Source: a bacterium (lineage in GTDB: Bacteria > Desulfobacterota > DSWW01). From it: a DNA stretch of 64,000 bases. Under the pieces are notes generated by a model, which had not been told where the DNA came from, searched no databases, and saw only the letters and a program-made list of their open reading frames with translations. Within the stretch, counting starts at the first letter, position 1. Each line of letters starts with the position of its first letter. A program made the position numbers and the translations under genes. This document shows positions 27,440 through 38,215 of the stretch, in pieces. The stretch lies in NCBI GenBank assembly GCA_040756235.1, contig JBFLZG010000105.1, forward strand, positions 32,001 to 96,000, read 5' to 3'.

Positions 27440-28315
27440 ATGACCACCCAGTGGGAGCGCACCCGCGTGGAGCCGGTCTGCGGGCTGGAGTCCTGGCACC
27501 CGGTTCCCGCCAGGATCGTGGAGATACGGCCTGAGAACTTCAACACCTACACGATCGGGCTGGAGATCCAGGACCCGGCGGCCCGGGCCTCTTATCGGTG
27601 GCTGCCCGGCCAGTTCAACCTGCTCTACGCGCCAGGGGTCGGAGAGGCGGCCTTCTCCATCGCGTCGGACCCGGAGAGCACCGGGCCTCTCCAGCACACG
27701 ATCCGCAAGGTGGGGTCGGTCACGCGCGCCATCGGCCGCATCGGCATGGGCGGCCTGGTCGGGCTGCGCGGTCCCTTCGGCACGCACTGGCCGATCGACC
27801 TCCTGGAGCGCAAGGACGTGGTGATGGTCTCCGGCGGCATCGGTCTGGCGCCCCTGAGGCCGATGGTCTACTGGCTCCTGCGCCACCGCGAGGTCTGCAA
27901 CCGCGTCATCCTCCTGTACGGCTGCCGCACCCCCGAGGACCGGCTCTATGCCGAGGAGCTCAGGCAGTGGGAGGCGGACCGACGGATCGACGTGCTCGTC
28001 ACCGTGGACAACATGACCGGCGCGTGGGCGGGGCCGGTGGGCGTCGTCACGCACCTGCTTTCGCGGCTGCGCGTCAACGCCGAGCGGACGGTGGTGATGG
28101 TGTGCGGGCCCAAGATCCTGAACCGCGCCGCGGCGTGGCAGTTCCTGCAGCTCCACGTGCCGGAGAACCAGGTGTTCGTCTCCCTCGAGCGGAGCATGAA
28201 CTGCGGGTTCGCCCGCTGCGGGCACTGCCAGTACGGCGCCAAGTTCGTCTGCCGGGACGGGCCGGTGTTCTGCTTTTCCGACATCGCCCACATCTTCGGC
28301 AGGGAGGAGATCTGA
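27440..28315 (+). CDS. Sulfhydrogenase gamma subunit (FAD/NAD(P)-binding, 2Fe-2S)
   Basis: [47 protein letters not shown]. Confidence 0.9.
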   Translation: MTTQWERTRVEPVCGLESWHPVPARIVEIRPENFNTYTIGLEIQDPAARASYRWLPGQFNLLYAPGVGEAAFSIASDPESTGPLQHTIRKVGSVTRAIGRIGMGGLVGLRGPFGTHWPIDLLERKDVVMVSGGIGLAPLRPMVYWLLRHREVCNRVILLYGCRTPEDRLYAEELRQWEADRRIDVLVTVDNMTGAWAGPVGVVTHLLSRLRVNAERTVVMVCGPKILNRAAAWQFLQLHVPENQVFVSLERSMNCGFARCGHCQYGAKFVCRDGPVFCFSDIAHIFGREEI

Positions 28316-29113
28316 GGATGCCTGCGAAACCCAGCCTGCTGGAGGCCGGCGCGGAAGCCAGGCCGAAGCTGGCCGTCTACAAGTTCACGAGCTGCGATGG
28401 CTGCCAGCTCTCCATCCTGAACCTGGAGGAGAAGCTGCTCGATCTGGTCGGGGCGGTCGAGGTGGCCTTCTTTCTCGAAGCGCGCCGGCGCGTGCTGCCG
28501 CCGCCCTACGACATCGGGCTGGTCGAAGGAAGCATATCGACCCAGGAGGAAGAAGCGCGCATTCGCCAGGTCCGGCTCGACTGCAGGTTTCTCGTGACCA
28601 TCGGGGCCTGCGCCACCTCGGGCGGGATCCAGGCCCTGCGGAACTGGGCCGACATCAGGGAGTACGAGTCCGCGGTCTACCCCGGGCCGGCGCACATCCG
28701 CCCCCTGGAGACCTCGACCGCCATCGCCTCCCACGTCTTCGTGGATTTCGAGCTGCGCGGCTGCCCGATCAACCAGGAACAGGTCCTGGAGCTGGTTGCC
28801 GCCATGCTGACCGGCAGGAGGCCCAACGTCCCGACCTACAGCGTGTGCATGGAGTGCAAGCGGCTGGGCTACCCGTGCGTGCTCGTCTCTCGGGGAATGC
28901 CCTGCCTGGGCCCGATCACCCAGACCGGGTGCGGCGCGCTCTGCCCCTCGGTGAGCCGCGCCTGCTACGGGTGCTACGGGCCGATGGAGCAGCCGAACAT
29001 CGAATCTCTGGGCGCGTGGTTCACCAGGCTCGGCTTCCAGCCGAGAGATATCCAGCGCATGCTGCGGAACTTCAACGGCTACCTGGAACCTTTCAAGCAG
29101 GCGAGTGATCGTT

Positions 29114-30507
<1,394 letters not shown>

Positions 30508-30511
<4 letters not shown>

Positions 30512-31032
30512 GCCGCGACGGCCCCGCTCCTCCTGCTTCGGCTCCAGCCCCGGCCCCCCTTCTGGTCATTCTCTGCGGAAACCCCCTTGCCGGAGACGAT
30601 GCTTTCGGGTCGCTGGTGGCGCGCGGTCTGGAGGCACGGGCTCCGGCCGGGGTGGAGTGGGTGGCGGCCGCGCTCTGCCCCGCCTTCCGCGCGATCGATC
30701 TCCTTGCCGGCCGGCGTGCGATCCGGGTCGTGGACGCGGTCCGCTGGCCGGGTGTCGAGGCCGGGCGGCTGATCGATCTCGGCTGGTTCGAGGGGGTGCG
30801 GCCGCACCTGGAGAGCGAGACGGTGGTGAGCACCCACCGGCTCTCCGTGGCCCTCGAGCTGGATCTGGCAGACTCGCTTGGGCTGCTTCCGCATGACGTG
30901 CGCCTTCTGGGCGTCACGATCGGGCCGGCGGGAAAGACGGGGACCCGCCCGTCCCCGGCCGTGGAGCAAGCGGCGCGCTGGGTGCTTCGAAAGATCGAGG
31001 CCGAAGCCGCGCGCGCGTTATCGAGCATTTGA
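30508..31032 (+). CDS. Hydrogenase maturation protease
   Basis: CGNPLAGDDAFG, VVDAV, STH; GTG start overlaps the alpha-subunit stop. Confidence 0.82.
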
Positions 31033-31461
31033 GGAGGAGGAACTTCGCATCCGGGGAGCCTCTCCCGGACAGTGTTGAAGCGAATGCGAACGCGGTGTGC
31101 GACGCGAGCGAGAGGTCCGGGTACCAAGGCCGCCGGCAGTTGGCAGGGATACGGGTCTTCCTGAGACGCCTGCGAACCATGGAGCCGGAAGAATACGCGG
31201 CCGCAATCGAAGCGGCCGGCATCCCTGCCGGGGAAGAGGTGCGCCATGGCCATCCTGCCGCCGGGGACCGGGGGCCTGGAGACCACGGCCGCGGGGAGCA
31301 CGCCCACTGATCGAGCTTCGCCACGCCTGGGGGAAAGCCGCTTGCTTGCTTTTTCCCTGCAGGCCATCTTCGTCTTCTCCGATCATGCCGCACAAAATCA
31401 CCCCTAACGGGAATGTACGGGATTCGAGCGTGGGAGGCTTCTGGCCTGACTCTCCCCTCCG

Positions 31462-33942
31462 CTACACGTCCGCGCGCCCGAGCCGGAGCGCGTTGCCCAC
31501 GACCGATACCGAGCTGAAGCTCATGGCGGCCGCTGCGATGATCGGACTGAGCAGGAGCCCGAAGGACGGGTAGAGGACCCCGGCCGCAAGCGGTACGCCC
31601 GCCGAGTTGTAGGCGAAGGCGAAGAAAAGGTTCTCCCGGATGTTCCGCATCGTGAGCCGGCTCAGGCGGCGCGCCCGGGCGATGGCGCGCAGATCGCCTT
31701 TCACCAGCGTGACCCCGGCGCTCTCCATGGCCACGTCAGTCCCGGTCCCCATAGCGATGCCGACTTGGGCCTGGGCCAAGGCCGGCGCGTCGTTGATGCC
31801 GTCGCCCGCCATGGCGACGACGCGCCCCTGCTCCTGGAGTGCTCGGACGGCCTCGGCCTTCTGGTCCGGAAGTACTTCGGCCCTCACCTCGTCGATGCCG
31901 AGCTTGCGGGCCACGGCCTCGGCTGTCGTGGCGCTGTCGCCGGTCAGCATGACGATCCGCACTCCTTCCTCGTGCAGGGTGTGGACCGCTTCGGGCGTGC
32001 TCTCCTTGATCGGGTCCGCGACCCCGAGGAGCCCGGCAGGCCTGCCGTCCACGGCGAGGAACACGACCGTCTGCCCCAGCGCACGCAGCTCGTCGGCGTG
32101 TCCGGCCAGCGCGCCGGGATTCAAGCCGAGGCCCGCCATCAGCGTCCGGTTGCCGAGCGCCACCGCCCGTCCCCCGACGCGACCCTGGACGCCCTTGCCG
32201 ACCAGGACCTCGAAGGAATCGGCCCCTTTAAGCTCGATCCCGCGCTCCTCGGCGCCTCTGACAACGGCCGCCGCCAGCGGATGCTCGCTCGCCCGCTCCA
32301 GGCTCGCGGCAAGGCCGAGGAGCTCGGCTTCGTCGAAGCCGTCGGCCGCCGCAACGCTCGCCAGGTTCGGCCTGCCCTCCGTGAGGGTGCCGGTCTTGTC
32401 CACGACCAGCGTGTCGACCTTGCGCAGAACCTCGATCGCCTCCGCATTCCTGAACAGCACCCCCAGCCTGGCACCTTTGCCCGTGGCCACCATGATGGAC
32501 ATGGGCGTTGCAAGCCCCAGAGCGCAGGGGCAGGCGATGATGAGAACGGCAACGGCGTTGATGAGGGCGTAGGCCATCCTCGGCTCGGGGCCCGCCAGGG
32601 CCCAGCCGACGAAGGTCGTGAGCGCGACCAGGAGCACGGCAGGCACGAAGTAGGCGGCCACGAGGTCCGCCAGCCTCTGGATCGGCGCCCGGCTGCGTTG
32701 CGCTTCCGCAACCATCGCAACGATCCGCGCCAGGAGCGTCTCGGCGCCTACCTTTTCGGCCCGCATCACCAGGGACCCTGTCCCGTTGACCGTCGCGCCG
32801 ACGACCCGGTCGCCGGGCTGCTTGGAAACCGGGATAGGCTCGCCCGTAATCATGGACTCGTCCACCGAACTCGCCCCCTCCAGAACGGTGCCGTCGACAG
32901 GCACCTTCTCGCCCGGCCGCACGCGGAGCCGGTCTCCCGCACCGACGGCCTCGAGAGGGACGTCCTCCTCCGTTCCATTCTCCCGGAGCCTGCGGGCCGT
33001 CCGGGGGGCCAGGCCGAGCAGGCTCCGGATGGCGGCGCCTGTCCGGCTTCGGGCGCGAAGCTCCAGCATCTGGCCCAGCAGGATGAGAGTGACGATGACG
33101 GCAGCGGCCTCGAAGTAGACACCCACCTCGCCTGATTCATGCCGGAAGGAAGCCGGAAAGACCCCCGGGATCAGAGCAGCCACGACGCTGTACATGTAAG
33201 CCACGCTCACGCCGATGCCGATGAGGGTGAACATGTTGAGGCTCCTGTTCCTGATCGACTGGACGGCGCGCACGTAGAACGGCCAGGCCGACCACAGGCA
33301 CACCGGCGTGGCGAGGGCGAGCTCGAGCAGGGTGCGGGCCCGGCTGGAGAGAAGCCCGGAGGCCGAACCGGACAGCATGTGAGCCATCGCGATCACGACA
33401 AGAGGTAGCGTCAGTGCGGCGGCGAAGCGGAACCTCCGCGTCATGTCGCGGAGCTCCGCGTTCTCCTCGGCCGTCTCCTCCCCCGCCGCCGCCCCTGTCC
33501 TGGGCTCGAGCGCCATCCCACAGATCGGACAGTTCCCCGGCTCGCTACGGATGATCTGGGGGTGCATGGGGCAGGTCCACTGCGTGCGCGCGGCCGGTTG
33601 CGGCGGAGTGGCGGGCTCGAGGGCCATGCCGCACTTCGGGCAGATGCCGGGCCCCTGGCGGCGCACCTCGGGGTGCATCGGGCAGGTGTAGGCCGCGCCC
33701 CTTGCCTCGACCTCCTCCGCCCTTGGATCCCCGGCCTGCGGCTGCGCAGGAAACCGCGACGGCGCCTGCCTGAACCGCTCGAAACAGCGCTCGCTGCAGA
33801 AGAGGTAGGTCCTGCCGCCCACGACGTGCCGATAGCGGCTCTCTCCGGAGACGGCCATTCCGCAGACCGGGTCCTTCGCTGGACCCGCCCGAAGGCTCCC
33901 GTGCGGCTGGCCGGCATGCTCCATAGGGTCCTCGTGCTTCAT
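31462..33942 (-). CDS. copA: Cu(I)-translocating P1B-1 ATPase with YHS and two CPMHP metal-binding domains
   Basis: DPVCGM..FCSERC, TCPMHP x2, [35 protein letters not shown]. Confidence 0.93.
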   Translation of the reverse strand: MKHEDPMEHAGQPHGSLRAGPAKDPVCGMAVSGESRYRHVVGGRTYLFCSERCFERFRQAPSRFPAQPQAGDPRAEEVEARGAAYTCPMHPEVRRQGPGICPKCGMALEPATPPQPAARTQWTCPMHPQIIRSEPGNCPICGMALEPRTGAAAGEETAEENAELRDMTRRFRFAAALTLPLVVIAMAHMLSGSASGLLSSRARTLLELALATPVCLWSAWPFYVRAVQSIRNRSLNMFTLIGIGVSVAYMYSVVAALIPGVFPASFRHESGEVGVYFEAAAVIVTLILLGQMLELRARSRTGAAIRSLLGLAPRTARRLRENGTEEDVPLEAVGAGDRLRVRPGEKVPVDGTVLEGASSVDESMITGEPIPVSKQPGDRVVGATVNGTGSLVMRAEKVGAETLLARIVAMVAEAQRSRAPIQRLADLVAAYFVPAVLLVALTTFVGWALAGPEPRMAYALINAVAVLIIACPCALGLATPMSIMVATGKGARLGVLFRNAEAIEVLRKVDTLVVDKTGTLTEGRPNLASVAAADGFDEAELLGLAASLERASEHPLAAAVVRGAEERGIELKGADSFEVLVGKGVQGRVGGRAVALGNRTLMAGLGLNPGALAGHADELRALGQTVVFLAVDGRPAGLLGVADPIKESTPEAVHTLHEEGVRIVMLTGDSATTAEAVARKLGIDEVRAEVLPDQKAEAVRALQEQGRVVAMAGDGINDAPALAQAQVGIAMGTGTDVAMESAGVTLVKGDLRAIARARRLSRLTMRNIRENLFFAFAYNSAGVPLAAGVLYPSFGLLLSPIIAAAAMSFSSVSVVGNALRLGRADV

Positions 33943-34384
33943 CGTTCAGAAGTCTCCTCGCAAGCGGAATCCCGGCAGGCTTTTCACGCGCCCCAAACAC
34001 TTATGATGTTGATGCGACCGAGGACCGGACCGGTTCGGCCGGTTGCCCTGCCCTTTACCCACAAATCGGCCCATTAGGGCGCGCAATGCCGGATCCGTCT
34101 TGAAACCGTCATTCAGAGGAGCCCGGCGACCGGGCGACAGGACAGTCGCGGTGCCCACAATTCCCGTCACCCCGGCGAAAGAGGCTGTGTCACAATTCGT
34201 CATCCCTCTATAGAAAGAGGTGTCAAGACAAAAATATCCTGTACGCCCGTTTTTCTTGCACCGGGCGGCCCCGCTCCGACCTGCTGAGTCCCGTCGACTA
34301 GAGTGACAGGGGTGGGGGAGAAGACTCCGAACCGACCATTTGGATGCAGTCCGTCCTCGGCGATGAGGAAGTGTCCTGGGCATT

Positions 34385-34525
34385 CATGAAATGATAACCA
34401 TCCCTCTATCTGGGCCTCTTGCGGCCATAGCTTCCTTTGGTTATGTGAGGGGGCATAGCCCGGCCAAGGGGCCTCCAGGAATGACCACTGGGGCCAGGGA
34501 TGACGCAGATGCTTCCCCTCGAACC
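34385..34525 (-). ncRNA. Predicted bridge/seek RNA of the IS110 element (approximate bounds)
   Basis: Two stem-internal-loop-hairpin units carrying CGTCATCCC and GGCCGGG (both strands of the target) and ATAGAGGG (donor junction). Confidence 0.75.
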
Positions 34526-34597
34526 TTTCTCGCTTTGGGCGCACTGGACTGCATGGTGGCTGTCCTGTCCATCCGGCGTCGGGAGCCGCAAGGCGAG

Positions 34598-35650
34598 CTA
34601 ATCTGGTTTCAGGCGATGTTTGGCTGGGTCGTACACCTCCTGGTTCTTCCACATGGAATGCACGATGGCGCAGATCTTGCGCGCCAGGGTAAGACGAGCC
34701 AAGTTGGGCTTGGTGCCGTTCGCCAGGAGCCGATCGTAGTCCGCTCGGAGCGGATCCTGGGGCATACTGGTGATAACGGTCATGGCCGCGCCTTTGAAGA
34801 TGGCCTTGGCATGATGGTTGAAGTCGCGGTTCAGACCACGGGTCTGTATCACCTGCGCCCGAGCGAACTGACCGCTGGGCTGTCGGACCCAATCGGAGGA
34901 GGAGCGCTGCACAACGGCCAGGCCACTGTATTTCCAAAGCTGCCGGTGGGTGCGGAATCGGTGTGGACTCACCACGATGGCCATGAGCTCGGCGGCTCGA
35001 ACTGGACCGATACCGGGGGCGGTCCGCAGGATTCGATGTATCGGATGGCGCTGCGCCTCCAGAACCATCTCCTTGTGTGCCTCCAGCTTCAAAACCTCCA
35101 CGCCCTCCTGCTCCTTGCGCAATCGTTCTATGGCCGCATGCAGCCCCGTCCGCAAACAGACACCGGGCTTCCCTGGCAGACAGCCAGGACATCCCCGATC
35201 CTGCACGACAGCGCCTTGCGATCGAAAGAGGTAGTTGATCCGGTTCTTCGCGCGGGCCAAGTCGCCGGTGATCATCTCGTAGCTTCTGACCAGATACTTC
35301 AGGGTGGTCAATCCGGGACCCGGCTTGTAGATCCGATTCCCCAGGTCCCCCAAGCGCATCCGGTTGGCCAGCTCGTATGCGTCGAGGAAGTCGTTCTTGT
35401 TCCCCCGGTTCTTGCGGGCCGGCACAACAGCCACCTCGTACACATGGGGCGACAGGATCTCGTACAACCATTGACTCAGGGTTCCCTCTTCGATGCACAG
35501 ATGGCGTTGCCCGGGGATCGTCTTTACAAACTCGATCAGGGCTTGGCCGTTTGTCTCTACGGGCATCTTGATCTTGACGCTCCCCTTCTCGTCTTGTACA
35601 ACAAACATGCAGGTCTCGCTGTGCGGATCCAGACCGATCCATCTGTTCAT
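34598..35650 (-). CDS. IS110-family transposase/recombinase (DEDD + Tnp20)
   Basis: WIGLDPH, IEEG, KNDFLDA (DEDD); LRTAPGIGP, WKYSGLAVVQRSS, LARKI; AGGAGG RBS. Confidence 0.92.
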   Translation of the reverse strand: MNRWIGLDPHSETCMFVVQDEKGSVKIKMPVETNGQALIEFVKTIPGQRHLCIEEGTLSQWLYEILSPHVYEVAVVPARKNRGNKNDFLDAYELANRMRLGDLGNRIYKPGPGLTTLKYLVRSYEMITGDLARAKNRINYLFRSQGAVVQDRGCPGCLPGKPGVCLRTGLHAAIERLRKEQEGVEVLKLEAHKEMVLEAQRHPIHRILRTAPGIGPVRAAELMAIVVSPHRFRTHRQLWKYSGLAVVQRSSSDWVRQPSGQFARAQVIQTRGLNRDFNHHAKAIFKGAAMTVITSMPQDPLRADYDRLLANGTKPNLARLTLARKICAIVHSMWKNQEVYDPAKHRLKPD

Positions 35651-36899
35651 GGGGTTCCTCCTGTTTTGGCGGTTGGCAGGCTTCGTTTTTCCCGAAACCA
35701 AGTTTGCTCAATCGCCGCGGAGGACTCCATCTTTTTTTGTCTGCGGTTCCCTTCGGGTCGCTCCGATCTCCCGCCTCAACCGCTTTGCCTTCAGGCAAAG
35801 CACGGCTCGAGGCCACCGCACCCGATAGTGAGGACGCACAGCCTTTTGCCGATCCGATGCTCACCGGGCGCTTCCGGGTCGAGTGGCAGGCGTCCGAGTC
35901 GCGGTGCTCCTCAGGTCTCGCTGAACATCGAGTTACAGCGGTGGCGGAAGCGTCCCGCCCCGAGCTTTGGAGGTCCCTTTCGCCCACCCTTAAAAGCCGT
36001 CTCCCAGAATGTTCATTCAGTCGAGCAGCGACCATGGAGTCAGCGATCGGTGCCATGCTGGTTGTGAGGTAAGGAATCATGCCGGCTTCCCAAAACTCCC
36101 AAAGTCTCAAGGGCCGCCTTTCGTCTATGATGCCCGGCCCATCTGCGGAGCGCGTGCGAGCCGGGATCCAGATGGGTGCACCAGGACCAGGGCAACTGGG
36201 CGCAGGGACTAGATTCCGGCCTGCGCCGGAATGACGGAAATCATGCGGCCGCGCCTCCGAGTCCTCCGGAATGAGTGGTCGCACGAGGGTCTGACCGGAT
36301 TCATGACACAGCCTCGAAAGCCGGGGTCCAGTCCCTGTTTCCCGTTCTGGATGCAAACTCTGGATCCCGGCTTGTACGCGCTGCGCAGCACGGCCGGGAT
36401 GACGGACAGGGTCGGACGGCAAGAAGCGATGGCGAAGCGCAGATCCAGATGGCCCTTGGCCAAGTAGCGCAGGAGCCAGCCAACGAAGATCTCCGGCGCA
36501 TCCGACGGGGGGGACGCAACTCGCGCTCATGTCCGGTTCGTTCTTCGGGTCTAAGCCAGGCGTCCCTTCCGGATCTGCTTGCCTCGGGATAGGTTTCAGA
36601 GCATCGCTTTGAGGCCGGAGCGAACCGCGCTCCAAGTATGCATTGGAGTCCCCTACACTCCGTATTCGAGCGGACGCACCGGAGCGCGCACCCGAGGAAG
36701 ACGAGCCTGAGGTCTGTCAGTGATGCGCCCGGCCTTGTTGGCGGCCCGCAGTGGCACGTCTCCAGACCGGATACCGGGAAACGAGCTGGGATCAGCTCAC
36801 CCGACCCTCACGAGAGGACGAGATAGGACGCCCTTTCGTGAGGGTGGAAGTCAGCTGCGCCATTCCGCAATTCCTGAGCACAACCGGAAACGCCCGGGC

Positions 36900-37391
36900 T
36901 CAAGGGCTGCCAAAGGATCTCGTGTCGTAATCCGTGTCAAAGGACAGACCGCGAAACCAGATCCGGTTCAGCCGAATCTCCGAGCCGTTGAACAGCCCCG
37001 CGACGGTCAACTCCTGGTTTCTCAAATCCGCCTGTTGCGCGACCCGCTCCTCCCAAGCCCAATCGCCTGCTCGATCGTTGCGTTCCACGCAGCGGATGAA
37101 GCGCCCGGCCTCGTCCTTGAGGAAGAAGCCCCACTGGCTCCGGTCCGCAGGGACCCGGTACTCCACCCGTCCGGTTACTTCCACATGCCGGTCTTCATAA
37201 GCCCCAGGGTTCTGGACCAGGCTCTTGATATCGGTCGCGAGCATTACCCCTTTGCCCCTGTAAACCTCAGGACGCGATGGAGCACATGGTCGATTTGCTC
37301 GGTCGAAAGATGCGCAGCCGAGCAAGGCGAAGGAAGATGCGCACAGTGCCGTCAGGAGCGTTGCACGGATCGTGAAGTTGGACTTGGTCAT
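36900..37391 (-). CDS. Hypothetical lipoprotein, possibly OB-fold
   Basis: Lipobox LLGC; LVQNPGAYEDRHVEVTGRV; AAGGA RBS; AGGCAT-N5-CTGCA sigma54-like site at 37486-37471. Confidence 0.62.
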   Translation of the reverse strand: MTKSNFTIRATLLTALCASSFALLGCASFDRANRPCAPSRPEVYRGKGVMLATDIKSLVQNPGAYEDRHVEVTGRVEYRVPADRSQWGFFLKDEAGRFIRCVERNDRAGDWAWEERVAQQADLRNQELTVAGLFNGSEIRLNRIWFRGLSFDTDYDTRSFGSP

Positions 37392-37708
37392 GTCCGTCCT
37401 TTCTCGAATATCTCTTCGGCCCGGCGCCTTGCGCCGGTCATCTGTTTCTCGATGAGCCGTCTTGCCGTCCTGCAGTTCCCATGCCTGTTGGATGTAGCAG
37501 GTCAGCCCGGCGTCACATCACGGCTGATCCGTGAGGGCCTCACGACGGATTTCCATCAGAACGAGCCGGCTGCGGACGGTCCCTGGAGCGATGAGCGTCG
37601 ACCGGGCGGAGAAGCGGGTGAAAGCAGGGCCATGACCGCCCGCCACGGAAGCGCGCCCCATCGACGTGAGATCTGGCTGCTTGGATGAGACCGACGTCAG
37701 GAGTTGTA

Positions 37709-37750
37709 CAGGCCTCACGAGAAGGTAAGGGTCCCTTCTCGTGAGGCCTG
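37709..37750. terminator. 17-bp perfect hairpin downstream of the cus operon
   Basis: CAGGCCTCACGAGAAGG-N8-CCTTCTCGTGAGGCCTG. Confidence 0.62.
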
Positions 37751-37792
37751 CCCTGTCCTGTTGAGCGAAGAGGAGTGGGAAGCTGGCGCGGA

Positions 37793-38113
37793 CTACGGGT
37801 GTTCGTGCGGCGCCGCTGCTTCCTGCTCGGCCTTCTTGACCCTCTCGTCCCAGGCCTTGTCGATGGCCTTCGCCGTTTCGGGGGTCAACTCACCGGTCGG
37901 CGTCAGGCCATGGTCCTTCTGAAAGAGCTGGATCGCCTCCGTTGTTTGTTTGTCCATCATCCCGGTGCACTTGCAGTCGTAGTCCATCGCTTTGAGGTTC
38001 TTCTGCACGTTCATGATCTGTGGCACATCGACTTTCGCAAGCAGGACGGGGGGCGCAGTGAGCATGAGTATGAAGAGAGCTGCCAGCACCGATGCGACGA
38101 ATTTCCTTTTCAT
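37793..38113 (-). CDS. Small secreted peptidoglycan-binding protein, paralog B
   Basis: Signal peptide, VQKNLKAMDY, TGMMDKQTTEAIQLFQKDHGLTPTG; AGGAGG RBS. Confidence 0.82.
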   Translation of the reverse strand: MKRKFVASVLAALFILMLTAPPVLLAKVDVPQIMNVQKNLKAMDYDCKCTGMMDKQTTEAIQLFQKDHGLTPTGELTPETAKAIDKAWDERVKKAEQEAAAPHEHP

Positions 38114-38215
38114 CTCCGTTTCCTCCTGGTTACATGTTGGCCAGCACCCTGCCGACCTGGCAGGGATGAAAGTCTCGTCCTCCACTGTCGCGCTCCAGCT
38201 CGCCTGGAGCGTCCT

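Larger units (their letters stand above)
34207..36135 (-). mobile_element. IS110-family (IS1111-type) insertion sequence, 1929 bp
   Basis: Junctions TTCGTCATCCC|TCTATAG and TCTATGATG-CCC|GGCCC share a CCC core; removal restores CGTCATCCCGGCC; imperfect sub-terminal inverted repeats; transposase inside. Confidence 0.9.
34181..36315 (-). mobile_element. MITE-like element copy 3 (206 bp after removing the IS110), inverted relative to copies 1 and 2
   Basis: TIRs GAGGCTGTGTCACAA / TTCATGACACAGCCTC; GAAA duplicated at 34177-34180 and 36316-36319. Confidence 0.88.
34161..36406 (+). repeat. REP dyad split by nested insertions (left part 34161-34180, right part 36316-36406)
   Basis: CCGTCACCCCGGC-GAAA ... 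GAAA-GCCGGGGTCCAGTCCCTG..TGGATCCCGGC..GGCCGGGATGACGG; matches the intact copy at 55472-55589. Confidence 0.85.

Noticed and set aside
31029..31310. 93-aa ORF with His-rich end after the hydrogenase protease
   Set aside because: TTG start and no recognisable family; may be a real small gene or remnant but cannot be supported
34451..34456. ATGCCC as the left donor guide of the bridge RNA
   Set aside because: It matches the donor but falls in the stem closing the target loop, so it is not counted as a guide without structural data
34200..36635. 811-aa minus-strand and 558-aa plus-strand ORFs over the IS110
   Set aside because: They cross element or gene boundaries, are low-complexity, and overlap the clear transposase frame
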